A program made the translations under genes and the position numbers. A DNA stretch of 64,000 bases from Anaeramoeba ignava BMAN (taxonomy: Eukaryota > Protista > Anaeramoebae), in NCBI GenBank assembly GCA_028826165.1, contig JAPDFW010000061.1, positions 1 through 64,000 of the forward strand, written 5' to 3'. Every line of letters begins with the position of its first letter. The stretch's first letter is position 1. The notes under the pieces were generated by a model. It had not been told where the DNA came from and made no database searches. It saw only the letters and a program-made list of their open reading frames with translations. Below, piece after piece: positions 23,449 to 37,300 of this stretch.

Positions 23449-26264
23449 TTAAAGCTCAAGATTTAAAAATTTTTTTTTTGTAAAGCAAATCCACCATTTA
23501 TCAGCTCTACCTTTACGATAAACTCTTTGGGCTAATCTAATTCCAGTTTCATGTCTTAATTGAATGAAATAGGAACGAATTAATTCTATTTTTTTTATCA
23601 TTTTAATTTTAATTTTATAAATGAATTTTAATTTTAATTTTAATTTTAATTTTAATTTAATTTTAATTTTAATTTTAATTTTAATTTTAATTTTAATTTT
23701 AATTTTAATTTTAATTTTAATTTTAATTTTAATTTTAATTTTTAATTTTAATTTTAATTTTGATTTTAATTTTAATTTTGATTTTGAATTTTAATTTTAA
23801 TATTAATTTTAATTTTAATTTTAATTTTTAATTTTAATTTTAATTTTAATTTTAATTTTAATTTTAATTTTAATTTTAATTTTAATTTTAATTTTTAATT
23901 TTAATTTTAATTTTAATTTTAATTTTAATTTTAATTTTAATTTTAATTTTAATTTTAATTTTTAATTTTAATTTTAATTTTAATTTTAATTTTAATTTTT
24001 TTAATTTTAATTTTTAATTTTAATTTTAATTTTAATTTTAATTTTAATTTTAATTTTAATTTGAATTTTAATTTTAATTTTAAATTTTAATTTTAATTTT
24101 AATTTTAATTTTAATTTTAATTTTAATTTTATAAATGAATTTTAATTTTAAATATTAAAATACCAGCATCTGAAGTATTATCAGGTTTTTCAAAGAAAGC
24201 AGATAAAGGAAAACCACCATCACCACTCAAAGGGAATTGAGATTTAGCAAGAAGAGCCATTGAGCTTTCAGCACCTTCTCTGTTTGTGATTCTACCCATA
24301 TCCTTGAGGCATTGAGTGACATACAAAGTAAGATAAACAATCAATCTGTCTGCTGCGCTCTCAAGATCATATTGTCGGAAAAATACATTTGCTTTGAAAT
24401 AATATAACACTTCGTCTACAATATCATTGTCGTTGTTTGTTTGTACTGGTGCTGGTCCCTTAGTTGATGTTTTTAAGGGTAATATTGGTATCCCACATAT
24501 AACTCGTATTCTTTTTTGTTGACAAAATTCGTTATCAAATTCAGAATGATATGCCTTTTTTTTATAAATAATTTAATATTTAATTTTATAAATAATTTTA
24601 TAAATAATTTTATATTTAATTTTATATTTAATTTTATATTTAATTTTATAAATAATTTTATAAATAATTTTATAAATAATTAATAATTAATTTTATATTT
24701 AATTTTATATTTAATTTTGTATTTAAATTTATAAATAAATTTATATTTAATTTTATAATTAATTTTGTATTTAATTTTATAATTAATTTTATAAATAATT
24801 TTATATTTAATTTTATAAATAATTTTATAAATAATTTTATATTTAATTTTATATTTAATTTTATATTTAATTTTATATTTAATTTTATATTTAACTTTAT
24901 AAATAATTTTATATTTAAATTTATATTTAATTTTGTATTTAATTTTATATTTAATTTTATATTTAATATTATAAATAGTTTTATAAATAATTTTATAAAT
25001 AATTTTATATTTAATTTTATAAATAATTTTATAAATAATTTTATAAATAATTTTATATTTAATTTGTAAAATAATTTTATAAATAATTTTATATTTAATT
25101 TTATAAATAATTTTATATTTAATATATCAAATAATTTTATATGCCTTTTTATAAATAATTTTATAATTAATTTTATAAATAATTTTATTTATAATTTTAT
25201 AAATAATTTTATATTTAATTTTATAAATAATTTTATAAATAATTTTATAAATAATTTTTATAAATAATTTTATAAATAATTTTTATAAATATTTTTATAA
25301 ATAATTTTATATTTAATTTTATAAATAATTTTAATATTTAATTTTATATTTAATTTTTATAAATAATTTTATAAATATTTTTTTTATAAATAATTTTATA
25401 ATTAATTTTATAAATAATTTTATAATTTAATTTTATAATTAATTTTATAAAATAATTTTATAAATATTTTTATAAATATTTTTATAAATAATTTTATAAA
25501 TAATTTAATAAATAATTTTATAAATAATTTTTTATTTATAATTTTATAAATAATTTTATATTTAATTTTATAAATAATTTTATAAATATTTTTATAAATA
25601 ATTTTATAAATAATTTTATATTTAATTTTATAAATAATTTTATATTTAATTTTTATATTTAATTTTATATTTAATTTTTATAAATAATTTTATAAATAAT
25701 TTTATATTTAATTTATATTTAATTTTATATTTAATTTTATAATTTAATTTTTATAAATAATTTTGTATTTAATTTATAAAATAATTTTATATTTAATTTT
25801 TATATTTAATTTTGTATTTAATTTTATAAGTTAATTTTTTATAATTAATTTTATAAATAATTTTATAAATAATTTTATAAATAATTTTATAAATAATTTT
25901 ATATTTAATTTTTTATATTTAATTTTTATAAATAATTTTATAAATTAATTTTATAAATAATTTTATATTTAATTTTATAAATAATTTTTATATATAATTT
26001 TATAAATAATTTTATAAATAATTTTATATTTAATTTTATAAATAATTTTATAAATAATTTTATAAATAATTTTATAAATAATTTTATATTTAATTTTATA
26101 ATTAATTTTATATTTAATTTTATATTTAATTTTATATTTAATTTTATATATAATTTATATTTAATTTATATTTAATTTTATAAATGATTTTATATTTAAT
26201 TTTATAAATAATTTTATATTTAATTTTATAAGTTAATTTAATGGAAAAAAAATTTAATTACCAT
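23449..26264 (-). CDS. ARPC3: Arp2/3 complex subunit 3 (p21-Arc), exons 26264-26262 (ATG only), 24554-24164, 23585-23449
   Basis: Spliced product MAYHSEF..DIVDEVLYYFKANVFFRQY..ADRLIVYLTLYVTQCL..RSYFIQLRHETGIRL..KWWICFTKKKFLN. Confidence 0.95.
24560..26240. repeat. Intronic 12-bp satellite (ATAAATAATTTT / ATATTTAATTTT)
   Basis: Fills the ~1.7-kb ARPC3 intron 1. Intron 2 (23600-24150) is (TTTTAA)n instead. Confidence 0.9.
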
Positions 26265-26451
26265 AATTAAATCAAGTTAAAACAAATTAAAAAAAAAGAA
26301 AAGAGAAAAAAAAATGAAAAAAAAAAAGCAAAAAAAATTTTTTTTTATTTAAAAAAAAAAGAAAAAAAAAAGGAGAAAATTATAAAATTAAATAAAAATA
26401 TTTTTTTTTCTCCTTTTTTATTTATTTTTTATTTTTTAATTTTAATTTAAT

Positions 26452-29160
26452 TTAAAAATCAAATAAATATTGATCTTCTTCTTTTAATTCTTTTTCAAAA
26501 TCTAAAATTTCATTTTGATTTTCTTGATTAATTTTATCATCAATACTTTTAATCAAAGCTTTTCCCATTTCTTTAATAAAAGGAGTTGAAAAATCTTGAG
26601 AAAAATTTCCACTTTTTAATTTCTTTTCACATTCATTTAACAAAGTTATAATTTTTTTATTTTTAGGTGAATTTTTTAAAGCTTTTGTTAAATAAAGTTT
26701 TGATGAAACAAAATTTTTATTTTCAAAATGTATTTTTCCTTGAATATATAATGCTTTTGTTGTTTCTCCAATTTTTAATGATTCATTACAATGATTTAAA
26801 GCTTTTTTATAATTTTTTAATTTTAAACAACATAATGCTAAATTTGTTTGAATGATTTGAATAAGATTTTGAATTTCAATTTCATTTTCATTTTGATTTT
26901 GATTTTGATTTTGATTTATATTTTGATTTTGATTTTTATTTTGATTTATATTTTGATTTTGATTTTGATTTAGATTTATATTTTGATTTATATTTTGATT
27001 TTGATTTTGATTTTCATTTATATTTTGATTTTGATTTTGATTTTTATTTTGATTTATATTTTGATTTTTATTTTGATTTATATTTTGATTTTGATTTATA
27101 TTTTGATTTATATTTTGATTTATATTTTGATTTTGAATTTGATTTTGATTTTGATTTTGAATTTGATTTTGATTTTGATTTATATTTTGATTTATATTTT
27201 TATTTTGATTTATATTTTGATTTTGATTTATATTTTGATTTTGATTTATATTTTGATTTATATTTTGATTTATATTTTGATTTATATTTTGATTTATATT
27301 TTGATTTATATTTTGATTTATATTTTGATTTATATTTTGATTTTGATTTTGAATTTGATTTTGATTTATATTTTGAATTTGATTTTGATTTTGATTTTGA
27401 TTTTCATTTTGATTTTGAATTTCAATTTCATTTTGATTTTGATTTTGATTTTGATTTTGATTTTCATTTTCATTTTGAATTTGAATTTGATTTTGAATTT
27501 GAATTTGATTTTGATTTTGATTTTGATTTATATTTTGATTTTGATTTTGATTTTGATTTATATTTTGATTTAAATTTTGATTTTCATTTTGATTTTGATT
27601 TATATTTTGATTTTCATTTTGAAATTGATTTTGAAATTGATTTTGATTTATATTTTCAATTTGATTTAGATTTTGATTTTGATTTTGATTTTGAATTTGA
27701 TTTTGAATTTGATTTTGATTTTGATTTTGAATTCTCATTTCTTTCCTAATTTTTGTAAGAATTATAATAGCTTTATTATAAGATTTTCTTGCTTCACTAA
27801 ATTGTTTTTTATTAAAAAAAATTGAAGCTTTTTGTTTTAAATCTAAAGCAAGATGAATTTGATTTTCTAAAGAAATAGAAGAAATTTCTTGAGGAAGAAT
27901 AAGTTGTTGTTCTTGAACATCAATTAGAAAAATAGTATAAAAAAGGGTTTCATTTGGAGGAATTCTTGGAGGAGCTCCTAATTCACCATATCCATAATTT
28001 GGATGTATTTCAAATTCTGATATTTCATTAGGAAGCATTGTTGAAACTGATAATGATAATCCAAGTATTAAATTTGGACTTCCCATCTTGAAATGAAAAG
28101 GTAAATTTCGATTCCAAGTTGAATCAAATATTATTCCATTTTTGGTTCTTGCTTCATAATGAACTAAATTTACAAATTTTGATTTAAAAATTTATTTGTA
28201 AATTTATTTGTAAATTGATTTAAAAATTCATTTAAAAATTTATTTGTAAATTTATTTAAAAATTTATTTGTAAATTGATTTAAAAATTTATTTGTAAATT
28301 GATTTAAAAATTTATTTGTAAATTTATTTAAAAATTTAATTTAAAATTTATTTGTAAATTTATTTGTAAATTTATTTGTAAATTTATTTGTAAATTCATT
28401 TGTAAATTTATTTGTAAATTCATTTGTAAATTTATTTGTAAATTTATTTAAAATTTATTTGTAAATTTATTTGTAAATTTATTTGTAAATTTATTTGTAA
28501 ATTTATTTGTAAATTTATTTGTAAATTTATTTGTAAAATTTATTTGTAAATTTATTTGTAAATTTATTTGTAAATTTATTTGTAAATTTATTTGTAAATT
28601 TAATTTTAAAAATTTATTTTTAAAATTTATTTGTAAATTTATTTGTAAATTTATTTTAAAAATTTATTTGTAAATTCATTTGTAAATTTATTTGTAAATT
28701 CATTTGTAAATTTATTTGTAAATTTATTTGTAAATTTATTTGTAAATTTATTTGTAAATTTATTTGTAAATTTATTTGTAAATTTATTTGTAAATTTATT
28801 TGTAAATTTATTTGTAAATTTATTTGTAAATTTATTTGTAAATTGATTTTAAAATTTATTTGTAAATTTATTTGTAAATTCATTTAAAAATTGATTTGTA
28901 AATTTATTTGTAAATTAATTTAAAAATTGATTTAAAAATTTAATTTAAAATTTATTTAAAAATTTATTTGTAAATTCATTTGTAAATTGAATTCTAAAAT
29001 TAAATATACTTTGCACTTTTGAAGAATTTGGAATTAAATGTTGTTCACCATTTCCTTCTTGAAGAATTAATTTAATAATTCCATTATCTTTTACAATAGA
29101 AGATTTCTTAGCAAAAACACCAAAAGAAACAATAAACAAAGAAGGAAAAACAAGAGACAT
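26452..29160 (-). CDS. FKBP-type peptidyl-prolyl isomerase with TPR repeats and a long N/Q insertion, 2 exons (29160-29010, 28163-26452)
   Basis: GIIKLILQEGNG..KVQIHYEARTKNGIIFDST..YGYGELGAPPRIPPNETLFYTIFL, then TPRs (KQFSEARKSYNKA; TNLALCCLKLKNYKKAL; KALYIQG). Confidence 0.9.
28175..28990. repeat. Intronic 12-bp satellite (AAATTTATTTGT)n
   Basis: Fills the FKBP intron. Confidence 0.9.
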
Positions 29161-29272
29161 TAAAAGAAAAAAGAAAAAAGAAAAAAGGAAAAAAATGAAT
29201 TTAAAAAATTTTTTCATTTTTTCATTTTTTCATTTTTTCATTTTTTCATTTTTTCACTTTCAAAAAAAAAAA
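29161..29272. promoter_or_regulatory. Putative 112-bp bidirectional promoter FKBP/GMPP with iterated TTTTTTCA motifs
   Basis: Divergent ATGs. Poly-A half then (TTTTTTCA)x5-6, mirrored by AAAAAATGAA. Confidence 0.5.
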
Positions 29273-30361
29273 ATGAAAGCTTTGATTTTAGTTGGAGGAT
29301 ATGGAACAAGATTACGACCATTAACATTAACTAAACCCAAACCGCTCGTAGAATTTGCAAACAAACCAATAATACGACATCAAATAGAAGCATTAGTTTC
29401 AACAGGAGTAACGGAAATTGTATTAGCATTAAGTTACCAAGCAGAAGCGATGAAGAACTACATGAAAGTACTGTCTGAGGAATTAAAAGTGAAGATAACG
29501 TTTACGTATGAAACACAACCATTAGGGACAGCTGGGCCATTGGCTCTAGCAAGAGATATTCTTTGGGAAAAAGACACCGACCCAAACACCCCAATGTTTA
29601 TGCTTAATTCAGACGTCATTTGCGAATTTCCCCTCAAGGAAATGCTCGAGTTCCATAAGAACCATAAAAAGCAAGGAACCATTTTGGTGACCCAAGTGCA
29701 AGACCCAAGCAAATATGGTGTCATTGTTCATGAAGATTCGGGAAAAATCCAAAAGTTCGTTGAAAAACCCAAAATTTTCGTCGGAAACGAAATCAATGCA
29801 GGCATTTATATCCTTAATATCAACACAATCGACAGAATCCAATTAAAACCCACTTCGATCGAAAGAGAAGTTTTTCCATTGATGGCAAAAGAAGAGGAAC
29901 TTTTTTGCTTTCCGTTGAAAAAATTTTGGATGGACATGGGTCAGCCTGCAGACTACATTCGCGGGCTAGAACTTTACCTCAATTTCGCGCAGCCTCCCAA
30001 ACCAGAGAAGTATCAGAATGTCGATATTGTAGGCAATGTTGTCATAGATGATTCCGTTGAAATTGGAGACGGTTCCGTTATTGGTCCGAATGTGTCCGTT
30101 GATAAAAATGTCAAAATTGGAAAGGGTGTTCGCTTGGCAAATTGCGCTGTTTTTTCTGGTTCTGTAATTGATAATTCTTCATTTCTTTCTTCTTCGCTTA
30201 TCGGCTGGAATTGTCATATTGGTTCTTGGACTCGTTTGGAAAATGGTTGTGTTCTTGGTGATGATGTTACTGTTAAGAATGAAGTTTTTATGAATAATGT
30301 TATTGTTCTTCCAAACAAAGTTATTTCTGAATCTATTCCTCAACCAAAGATTATTCTTTAA
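29273..30361 (+). CDS. GMPPB: Mannose-1-phosphate guanylyltransferase (GDP-mannose pyrophosphorylase), intronless
   Basis: MKALILVGGYGTRLRPLTLTKPKPLVEFANKP, PLGTAGPLALA, KFVEKP, FWMDMGQP and hexapeptide C-terminus. True start is the second Met at 29273. Confidence 0.97.
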   Translation: MKALILVGGYGTRLRPLTLTKPKPLVEFANKPIIRHQIEALVSTGVTEIVLALSYQAEAMKNYMKVLSEELKVKITFTYETQPLGTAGPLALARDILWEKDTDPNTPMFMLNSDVICEFPLKEMLEFHKNHKKQGTILVTQVQDPSKYGVIVHEDSGKIQKFVEKPKIFVGNEINAGIYILNINTIDRIQLKPTSIEREVFPLMAKEEELFCFPLKKFWMDMGQPADYIRGLELYLNFAQPPKPEKYQNVDIVGNVVIDDSVEIGDGSVIGPNVSVDKNVKIGKGVRLANCAVFSGSVIDNSSFLSSSLIGWNCHIGSWTRLENGCVLGDDVTVKNEVFMNNVIVLPNKVISESIPQPKIIL

Positions 30362-30643
30362 GTTCTTTCAATTTTTCTTTTTTTCTTTTTTTCTTTTCAA
30401 AAATGAACCAAATAAAACAAAATCACTTCTCAATTTTAATGAAATTTTAAATTTAAAATTTTTCACCAATTCAAATATTTTTGTTCCACTTTTTTTTCTT
30501 TTTCTTTTTTTATTAAATAATTTATTAAATAATTTATTAAATAATTCCAACACATGCTTAATTTATTATTAACAAAAAAAAATTTTTTTTCATTTTTTTT
30601 TCATTTTCATTTTTTTCATTTAAAATTAAAATTAAAAAATTAA

Positions 30644-33600
30644 ATGAAATTTCGAATTTATTCTTTTTTGATTTTTTTAATTATTATTCAAATCATCACA
30701 AACGATCAAACAAAATGCGAAGAAGATTATCAAAAAATTCTAAACATGAGTGATCCCCAAAGTTTTGAAATATTATTTTTCGCAACTGGAAGAAATTTAC
30801 CGATTGATCCAGGTGATTATGACATGTGCAATTCACTAGAAAACACACATCAGTGCGTATTTCAATTTATTATAGAAGCTTTAGGAACTGAAATGCAACT
30901 GGAATGGGGACTTTGTCTTCCTAAATCATGCAATAACGAATTTGCTCCTTTTGCTCTTGATTTATATTTAAATGAATTTTTTCCTTTTGGCAAAAGAGAC
31001 CCCTCAACGACCGTTACTAATTGTGCTGATGAACTGACAAAAAAAATTACTGCTGGAACTGTTATCACTTCTATTGTTTCTCTTTTGTTTATTTTGTTTG
31101 TTATTGTCGCCTCTTTTAGATTTTATTTCGTTCAACTTCATGATAAAAAAATTCTGAAAAATCAATTGAATATTCAAAGTGATTTTCATCATGACCAAAT
31201 TGATTCTCAAAATCTCTCTGAAAATTCCTCTTGGATCCAGAGTGATAATGTTGATAATGATGATAATTTCTCTTTATCTGAGAAAAAGGTTAAAAAGCAA
31301 TCTCGGTTTTCTAAATATCTTTGGAAATTTTTATATTGTTATACTTTTCAAACAAATTTTCGCAAATTAATTCAAAAATCTCCTATTGAAAATACTAAAT
31401 TTCTGAATGGAATCCGAGTTATTTCAATGTTTTGGATTATTTTTGGTAAATCAAATTAAATCAAATTAAATTAAATCAAATCAAATTAAATAAAATTAAA
31501 TCAAATCAAATCAAATCAAATCAAATTAAAATTAAAATCAAATTAAATTAAATTAAAATCAAATCAAATCAAATTAAATCAAATCAAATTAAAATTAAAA
31601 TCAAATTAAATTAAATCAAATTAAATCAATTCAAAAATCAAATAAAAATCAAATTAAATTAAATCAAATCAAATTAAATTAAAATCAAATTAAATTAAAT
31701 TAAATTAAATTAAATTAAATTAAATTAAATTAAATTAAATTAAATTGAATTAAATCAAATCAAATTAAATCAAATTAAATCCAATTAAATCAAAATTAAA
31801 TCAAATCAAATTAAATTAAATTAAAATCAAATCAAATTAAATTAAATTAAATCAAATCAAATTAAATCAAATCAAATCAAAATTAAATCAAATTAAATCA
31901 AAATTAAATCAAAATTAAAATCAAATCAAATCAAATTAAATCAAATCAAATTAAATCAAATTAAATTCAATCAAATCAAATTAAAATCAAATTAAATTAA
32001 ATTAAATCAAATCAAATCAAATCAAAATTAAATTAAATCAAATTAAATCAAATCAAATCAAATTAAAATCAAATCAAATTTAAATAAAATTGAATCAAAT
32101 CAAATTAAATTAAAATCAAATCAAATCAAATTATTTTTATTGGATATAATTTTAAAAAAAAGGTCATTCAATTTTTTTCGAGCTTTATCCAGGTTTTAAC
32201 AATGATTTAACATTATTTTCACCTAAAGGACCACCAAAGAAATGGCCTTTTCAAATTCTTAATGGAGGAGAATTAGGAGTTGATACTTTTTTCTTTTTAA
32301 GTGGATTTTTGATTTCATTTTTATCAATTCCAAAAGTTCAATCAAAAAAATTAAACATTGGAATTTTTTATTTTCATCGGTAAATTCAATTTCTAAATTT
32401 ATTATTTATTATTTAATATTTAATGTTTATTATTTAAATCAAAATAGAATTTGGAGATTAATGCCTTCTCTTGCATTTGTTATTTTAATTTACATGAATA
32501 TTTCTCCATTTTTTGGAAATGGTCCGTTTTTTTGGCAATATACTGAAGTTATTAAAGAAACTTGTTCTAAATATTGGTATTCAAGTCTTTTATTTTTCAA
32601 TAATTTTTATCCTTCAGACAATTCCAAAGAATGCATTCGTAAGGATTATATTTCTAGTGCTTTTATAATTTAAAATCGAATTAAATCAAATCAAATCAAA
32701 TTAAATTCAAATTAAATTCAAATTAAATCAAATTAAATTAAATTAATTAAATTCAAATTAAATTAAAATCAAATCAAATCAAATTAAATTAAATTAAATT
32801 AAATCAAATTAAATCAAATCAAATTAAATTAAATTAAAATCAAATTAATTCAAATTAAATTTAAATTAAAATCAAATTAAATCAAATTAAATTAAATTAA
32901 AATTAAATTAAATCAAATTAAATTAAATCAAATCAAATCAAATCAAATCAAATCAAATCAAATCAAATCAAATCTAAATCAAATTAAAATCAAATTAAAT
33001 CAAATTAAATCAAATCAAATCAAATCAAATCAAATCAAATCAAATCAAATCAAATCAAATCAAAATCAAATTAAATCAAATTAAATCAAATTAAATTAAA
33101 TTAAATTAAATTAAATTAAATTAAATCAAATTAAATCAAATTAAATTCAAATTAAATCAAATCAAATCAAATTAAATCAAATTAAATTAAAATTAAATCA
33201 AATCAAATCAAATTAAATTAAAATCAAATCAAAATTAAATCAAATTAAATTAAAATCAAATTAAATTAAATTAAATCAAATCAAATCAAATTAAATCAAA
33301 TCAAATCAAATCAAATCAAAATCAAATCAAATTAAATTAAATTAAAAATCAATTTCAAAATACTTTAATGAATTGAATAAATTTAGCTTGGGTTTGGTAT
33401 CTTGCAAATGATGTTCAATTCCATGTAATCACACCCATTTTCTTATATCTTTTTTCATGGAAAAAAATATTTGGATTAATCTCAGTTTTTTCAATGATCT
33501 GTTTGGGATGTGGAATGAATTTCTGGTTAACACACAAATACAATATCAATTTTTACCTTTTTGATGATTCGATGCCAGATTATATGAAATACATTTATGT

Positions 33601-34306
33601 CAGACCTTATACAAGAATATTGCCTTATATTGTTGGAGTAGGATGCGCAATGTTACTAATTTGGGCAACAGAAAGAAAAAGAAAAGCAAATGATTTTGAT
33701 GAGAAAATGAATTTAATCAATACAAGAGTGACTCAAACAAAATCAAAAACAAAATCATTGATTTTTGCTCATTTATTATTTGTTGTTTTCTTCGCCATTT
33801 TATTGATTGTTGTGTTTCTTCCTTATAATAATTATAAAGATGAAGGCAAAAAATGGAATATTAATGCAAATGCCGCTTATATTGGTTTATCCAAATTGTT
33901 TTGGGGAATTGGAATGGCCGGAATTGTCGTTATTTTTATTAAATATTCAAATGTGTTTTCTTTGATTAAGAAGTTTTTATCTTGGGATCTTTGGACTCCT
34001 CTTGCTAGACTAACTTATAATGCTTATCTTATGCATCCTATTATCATGTATTTGGCTAATTTGAGTTCAAGAATTTTATTCAATTATAATGCTGTTCCTA
34101 TTTTTTATGCAACAACAACAAACGTTATTCTTGCTTATGTTTTTTCCTTTATTATTTTTCTTCTTGTTGAACGTCCTTTTATGAATTTTGAGAAAATTCT
34201 TTGTGGTAAATGATTATTTATTTAATTATTTAATTATTTAATAATTTAATTATTTAATTATTTATTTATTTAAAAACAAATAGCAAAATTTATTGGATCT
34301 GGTTGA
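30644..34306 (+). CDS. NRF-6-like membrane O-acyltransferase (NRF + acyltransferase-3), exons 30644-31445, 32163-32379, 32448-32638, 33387-34205, 34284-34306
   Basis: Signal peptide, PGDYDMC..WGLCLPKSC, FLNGIRVISMFWIIFGH, GVDTFFFLSG, FHRIWRLMP, WYLANDVQFH, LARLTYNAYLMHP, LVERPF. The last micro-exon is inferred from frame-compatible GT/AG. Confidence 0.9.
31450..33350. repeat. Intronic pentamer satellite (AAATC/AAATT)n in introns 1 and 3 of the acyltransferase
   Basis: Blocks at 31450-32130 and 32680-33350. Confidence 0.9.
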
Positions 34307-34311
34307 TTCCT

Positions 34312-37300
34312 TTTTTAAATCAATTTTAAATCAATTTTAGATCAATTTTAAATCAATTTTAGATTAATTTTATATCAATTTTAGATCAATTTTAAATCAA
34401 TTTTATATTAATTTTAAATCAATTTTAAATCAATTTTATATCAATTTTATATCAAAATTAAATCAATTTTATATCAATTTTAAATCAATTTTATATCAAT
34501 TTTAGATCAATTTTAAATCAATTTTATATTAATTTTAAATCAATTTTATATTAATTTTATATTAATTTTATATTAATTTTAAATCAATTTTATATTAATT
34601 TTAAATCAATTTTATATCAATTTTAAATCAATTTTTAAATCAATTTTATATTAATTTTATATTAATTTTAAATTAATTTTTAAATCAATTTTATATTAAT
34701 TTTAAATCAATTTTATATCAATTTTATATCAAATTTAAATCAATTTTAAATCAATTTTATATCAATTTTAAATCAATTTTATATCAATTTTATATCAATT
34801 TTAAATCAATTTTAAATCAATTTTAAATTAATTTTAAATCAATTTTAAATCAATTTTAAATCAATTTTAAATCAATTTTAAATCAATTTTATATCAATTT
34901 TATATTAATTTTAAATCAATTTTATATTAATTTTAAATCAATTTTAAATTAATTTTATATCAATTTTATATTAATTTTAAATCAATTTTAAATCAATTTT
35001 TAAATCAATTTTAAATTAATTTTAAATCAATTTTAAATCAATTTTATAATCAATTTTATATCAATTTTTAAATTTTAAATCAATTTTTAAATTCAATTTT
35101 AAATCAATTTTTTCAATTTTAAATCAATTTTAAATCAATTTTAAATCAATTTTAAATCAATTTTAAATCAATTTTAAATCAATTTTAAATCAATTTTAAA
35201 TCAATTTTAAATCAATTTTAAATCAATTTTATATTAATTTTAAATCAATTTTAGATTAATTTTATATCAATTTTAGATCAATTTTAAATCAATTTTTATA
35301 TTAATTTTAAATCAATTTTAAATCAATTTTATATCAATTTTAAATCAATTATCAATTTTAAATCAATTTTAAATCAATTTTTATATCAATTTTAAATCAA
35401 TTTTATATTAATTTTTAAATCAATTTTAAATTAATTTTAAATCAATTTTAAATCAATTTTAAATCAATTTTAAATCAATTTTAAATCAATTTTAAATCAA
35501 TTTTTAAATCAATTTTATATTAATTTTAAATTTTTAAATCAATTTTAAAAATTTTAAATCAATTTTAAATCAATTTTAAATCAATTTTTATATCAATTTT
35601 AAATCAATTTTATATTAATTTTAAATCAATTTTAAATCAATTTTAAATCAATTTTAAATCAATTTTAAATCAATTTTAAATCAATTTTAAATCAATTTTA
35701 AATCAATTTTAAATCAATTTTTAAATCAATTTTAAATTTTTTATATTATTCAATTTTAAATCAATTTTAAATCAATTTTAAATCAATTTTAAATCAATTT
35801 TAAATCAATTTTATATCAATTTTAAATCAATTTTAAATCAATTTTTAAATCAATTTTTAAATCAATTTTAAATCAATTTTTAAATCAATTTTAAATCAAT
35901 TTTAAATCAATTTTAAATCAATTTTAAATATCAATTTTAAATCAATTTTAAATCAATTTTATATCAATTTTAAATCAATTTTAAATCAATTTTAAATCAA
36001 TTTTAAATCAATTTTAAATCAATTTTAAATCAATTTTAAATCAATTTTAAATCAATTTTAAATCAATTTTAAATCAATTTTAAATCAATTTTAAATCAAT
36101 TTTAAATCAATTTTAAATCAATTTTATATCAATTTTAAATCAATTTTAAATCAATTTTAAATCAATTTTATATCAATTTTAAATCAATTTTAAATCAATT
36201 TTAAATCAATTTTAAATCAATTTTAAATCAATTTTATATCAATTTTATATCAATTTTAAATCAATTTTAAATCAATTTTAAATCAATTTTATATCAATTT
36301 TAAATCAATTTTATATCAAATTTTAAATCAATTTTAAATCAATTTTATATCAATTTTAAATCAATTTTAAATCAATTTTTAAAATCAATTTTAAATCAAT
36401 TTTATATCAATTTTAAATCAATTTTAAATCAATTTTAAATCAATTTTAAATCATTTTTAAATCAATTTTTAAATCAATTTTAAATCAATTTTAAATCAAT
36501 TTTAAATCAATTTAAATCAATTTTTAAATCAATTTTAAATCAATTTTAAATCAATTTTAAATCAATTTTAAATCAATTTTAAATCAATTTTAAATCAATT
36601 TTAAATCAATTTTAATTAATTTTAAATCAATTTTAAATCAATTTTATATCAATTTTAAATCAATTTTAAATTAATTTTAAATCAATTTTAAACTCTATCA
36701 ATTTTAAATCAATTTTAAATCAATTTTAAATCAATTTTATCAATTTTAAATCAATTTTAAATCAATTTTAAATCAATTTTATATCAATTTTAAAATTTTA
36801 AATCATTTTTAAATCAATTTTAAATCAATTTTAAATTTTTAAATCAATTTTAAATCAATTTTAAATCAATTTTAAATCAATTTTAAATCAATTTTATATT
36901 AATTTTAAATCAATTTTATATTAATTTTAAATCAATTTTAAATCAATTTTAAATCAATTTTAAATCAATTTTAAATCAATTTTAAATCAATTTTAAATCA
37001 ATTTTAAATCAATTTTAAATCAATTTTAAATCAATTTTAAATCAATTTTAAATCAATTTTAAATCAATTTTAAATCAATTTTAAATCAATTTTAAATCAA
37101 TTTTAAATCAATTTTAAATCAATTTTAAATCAATTTTATATTAATTTTAAATCAATTTTATATCAATTTTAAATCAATTTTATAATTAATTTTAAATCAA
37201 TTTTAAATCAATTTTGAAATTAATTTTAAATCAATTTTATATCAATTTTAAATTAATTTTAAATCAATTTTAAATCAATTTTAAATCAATTTTAAATCAA

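Noticed and set aside
23600-24150. (TTTTAA)n as interstitial telomere repeat
   Set aside because: No G-rich strand. It lies inside frame-consistent introns and gene spacers.
26983-27573. Hydrophobic antisense ORFs (also 55172-55936, 54133-54388)
   Set aside because: Reverse-strand or alternate-frame shadows of coding N/Q tracts.
29195-29272. N-terminal extension MNLKNFFIFSFFHFF on GMPP (and MKKFF.. on FKBP)
   Set aside because: Translation of the T-rich promoter repeats. The conserved GMPP start is MKALILVGG at 29273.
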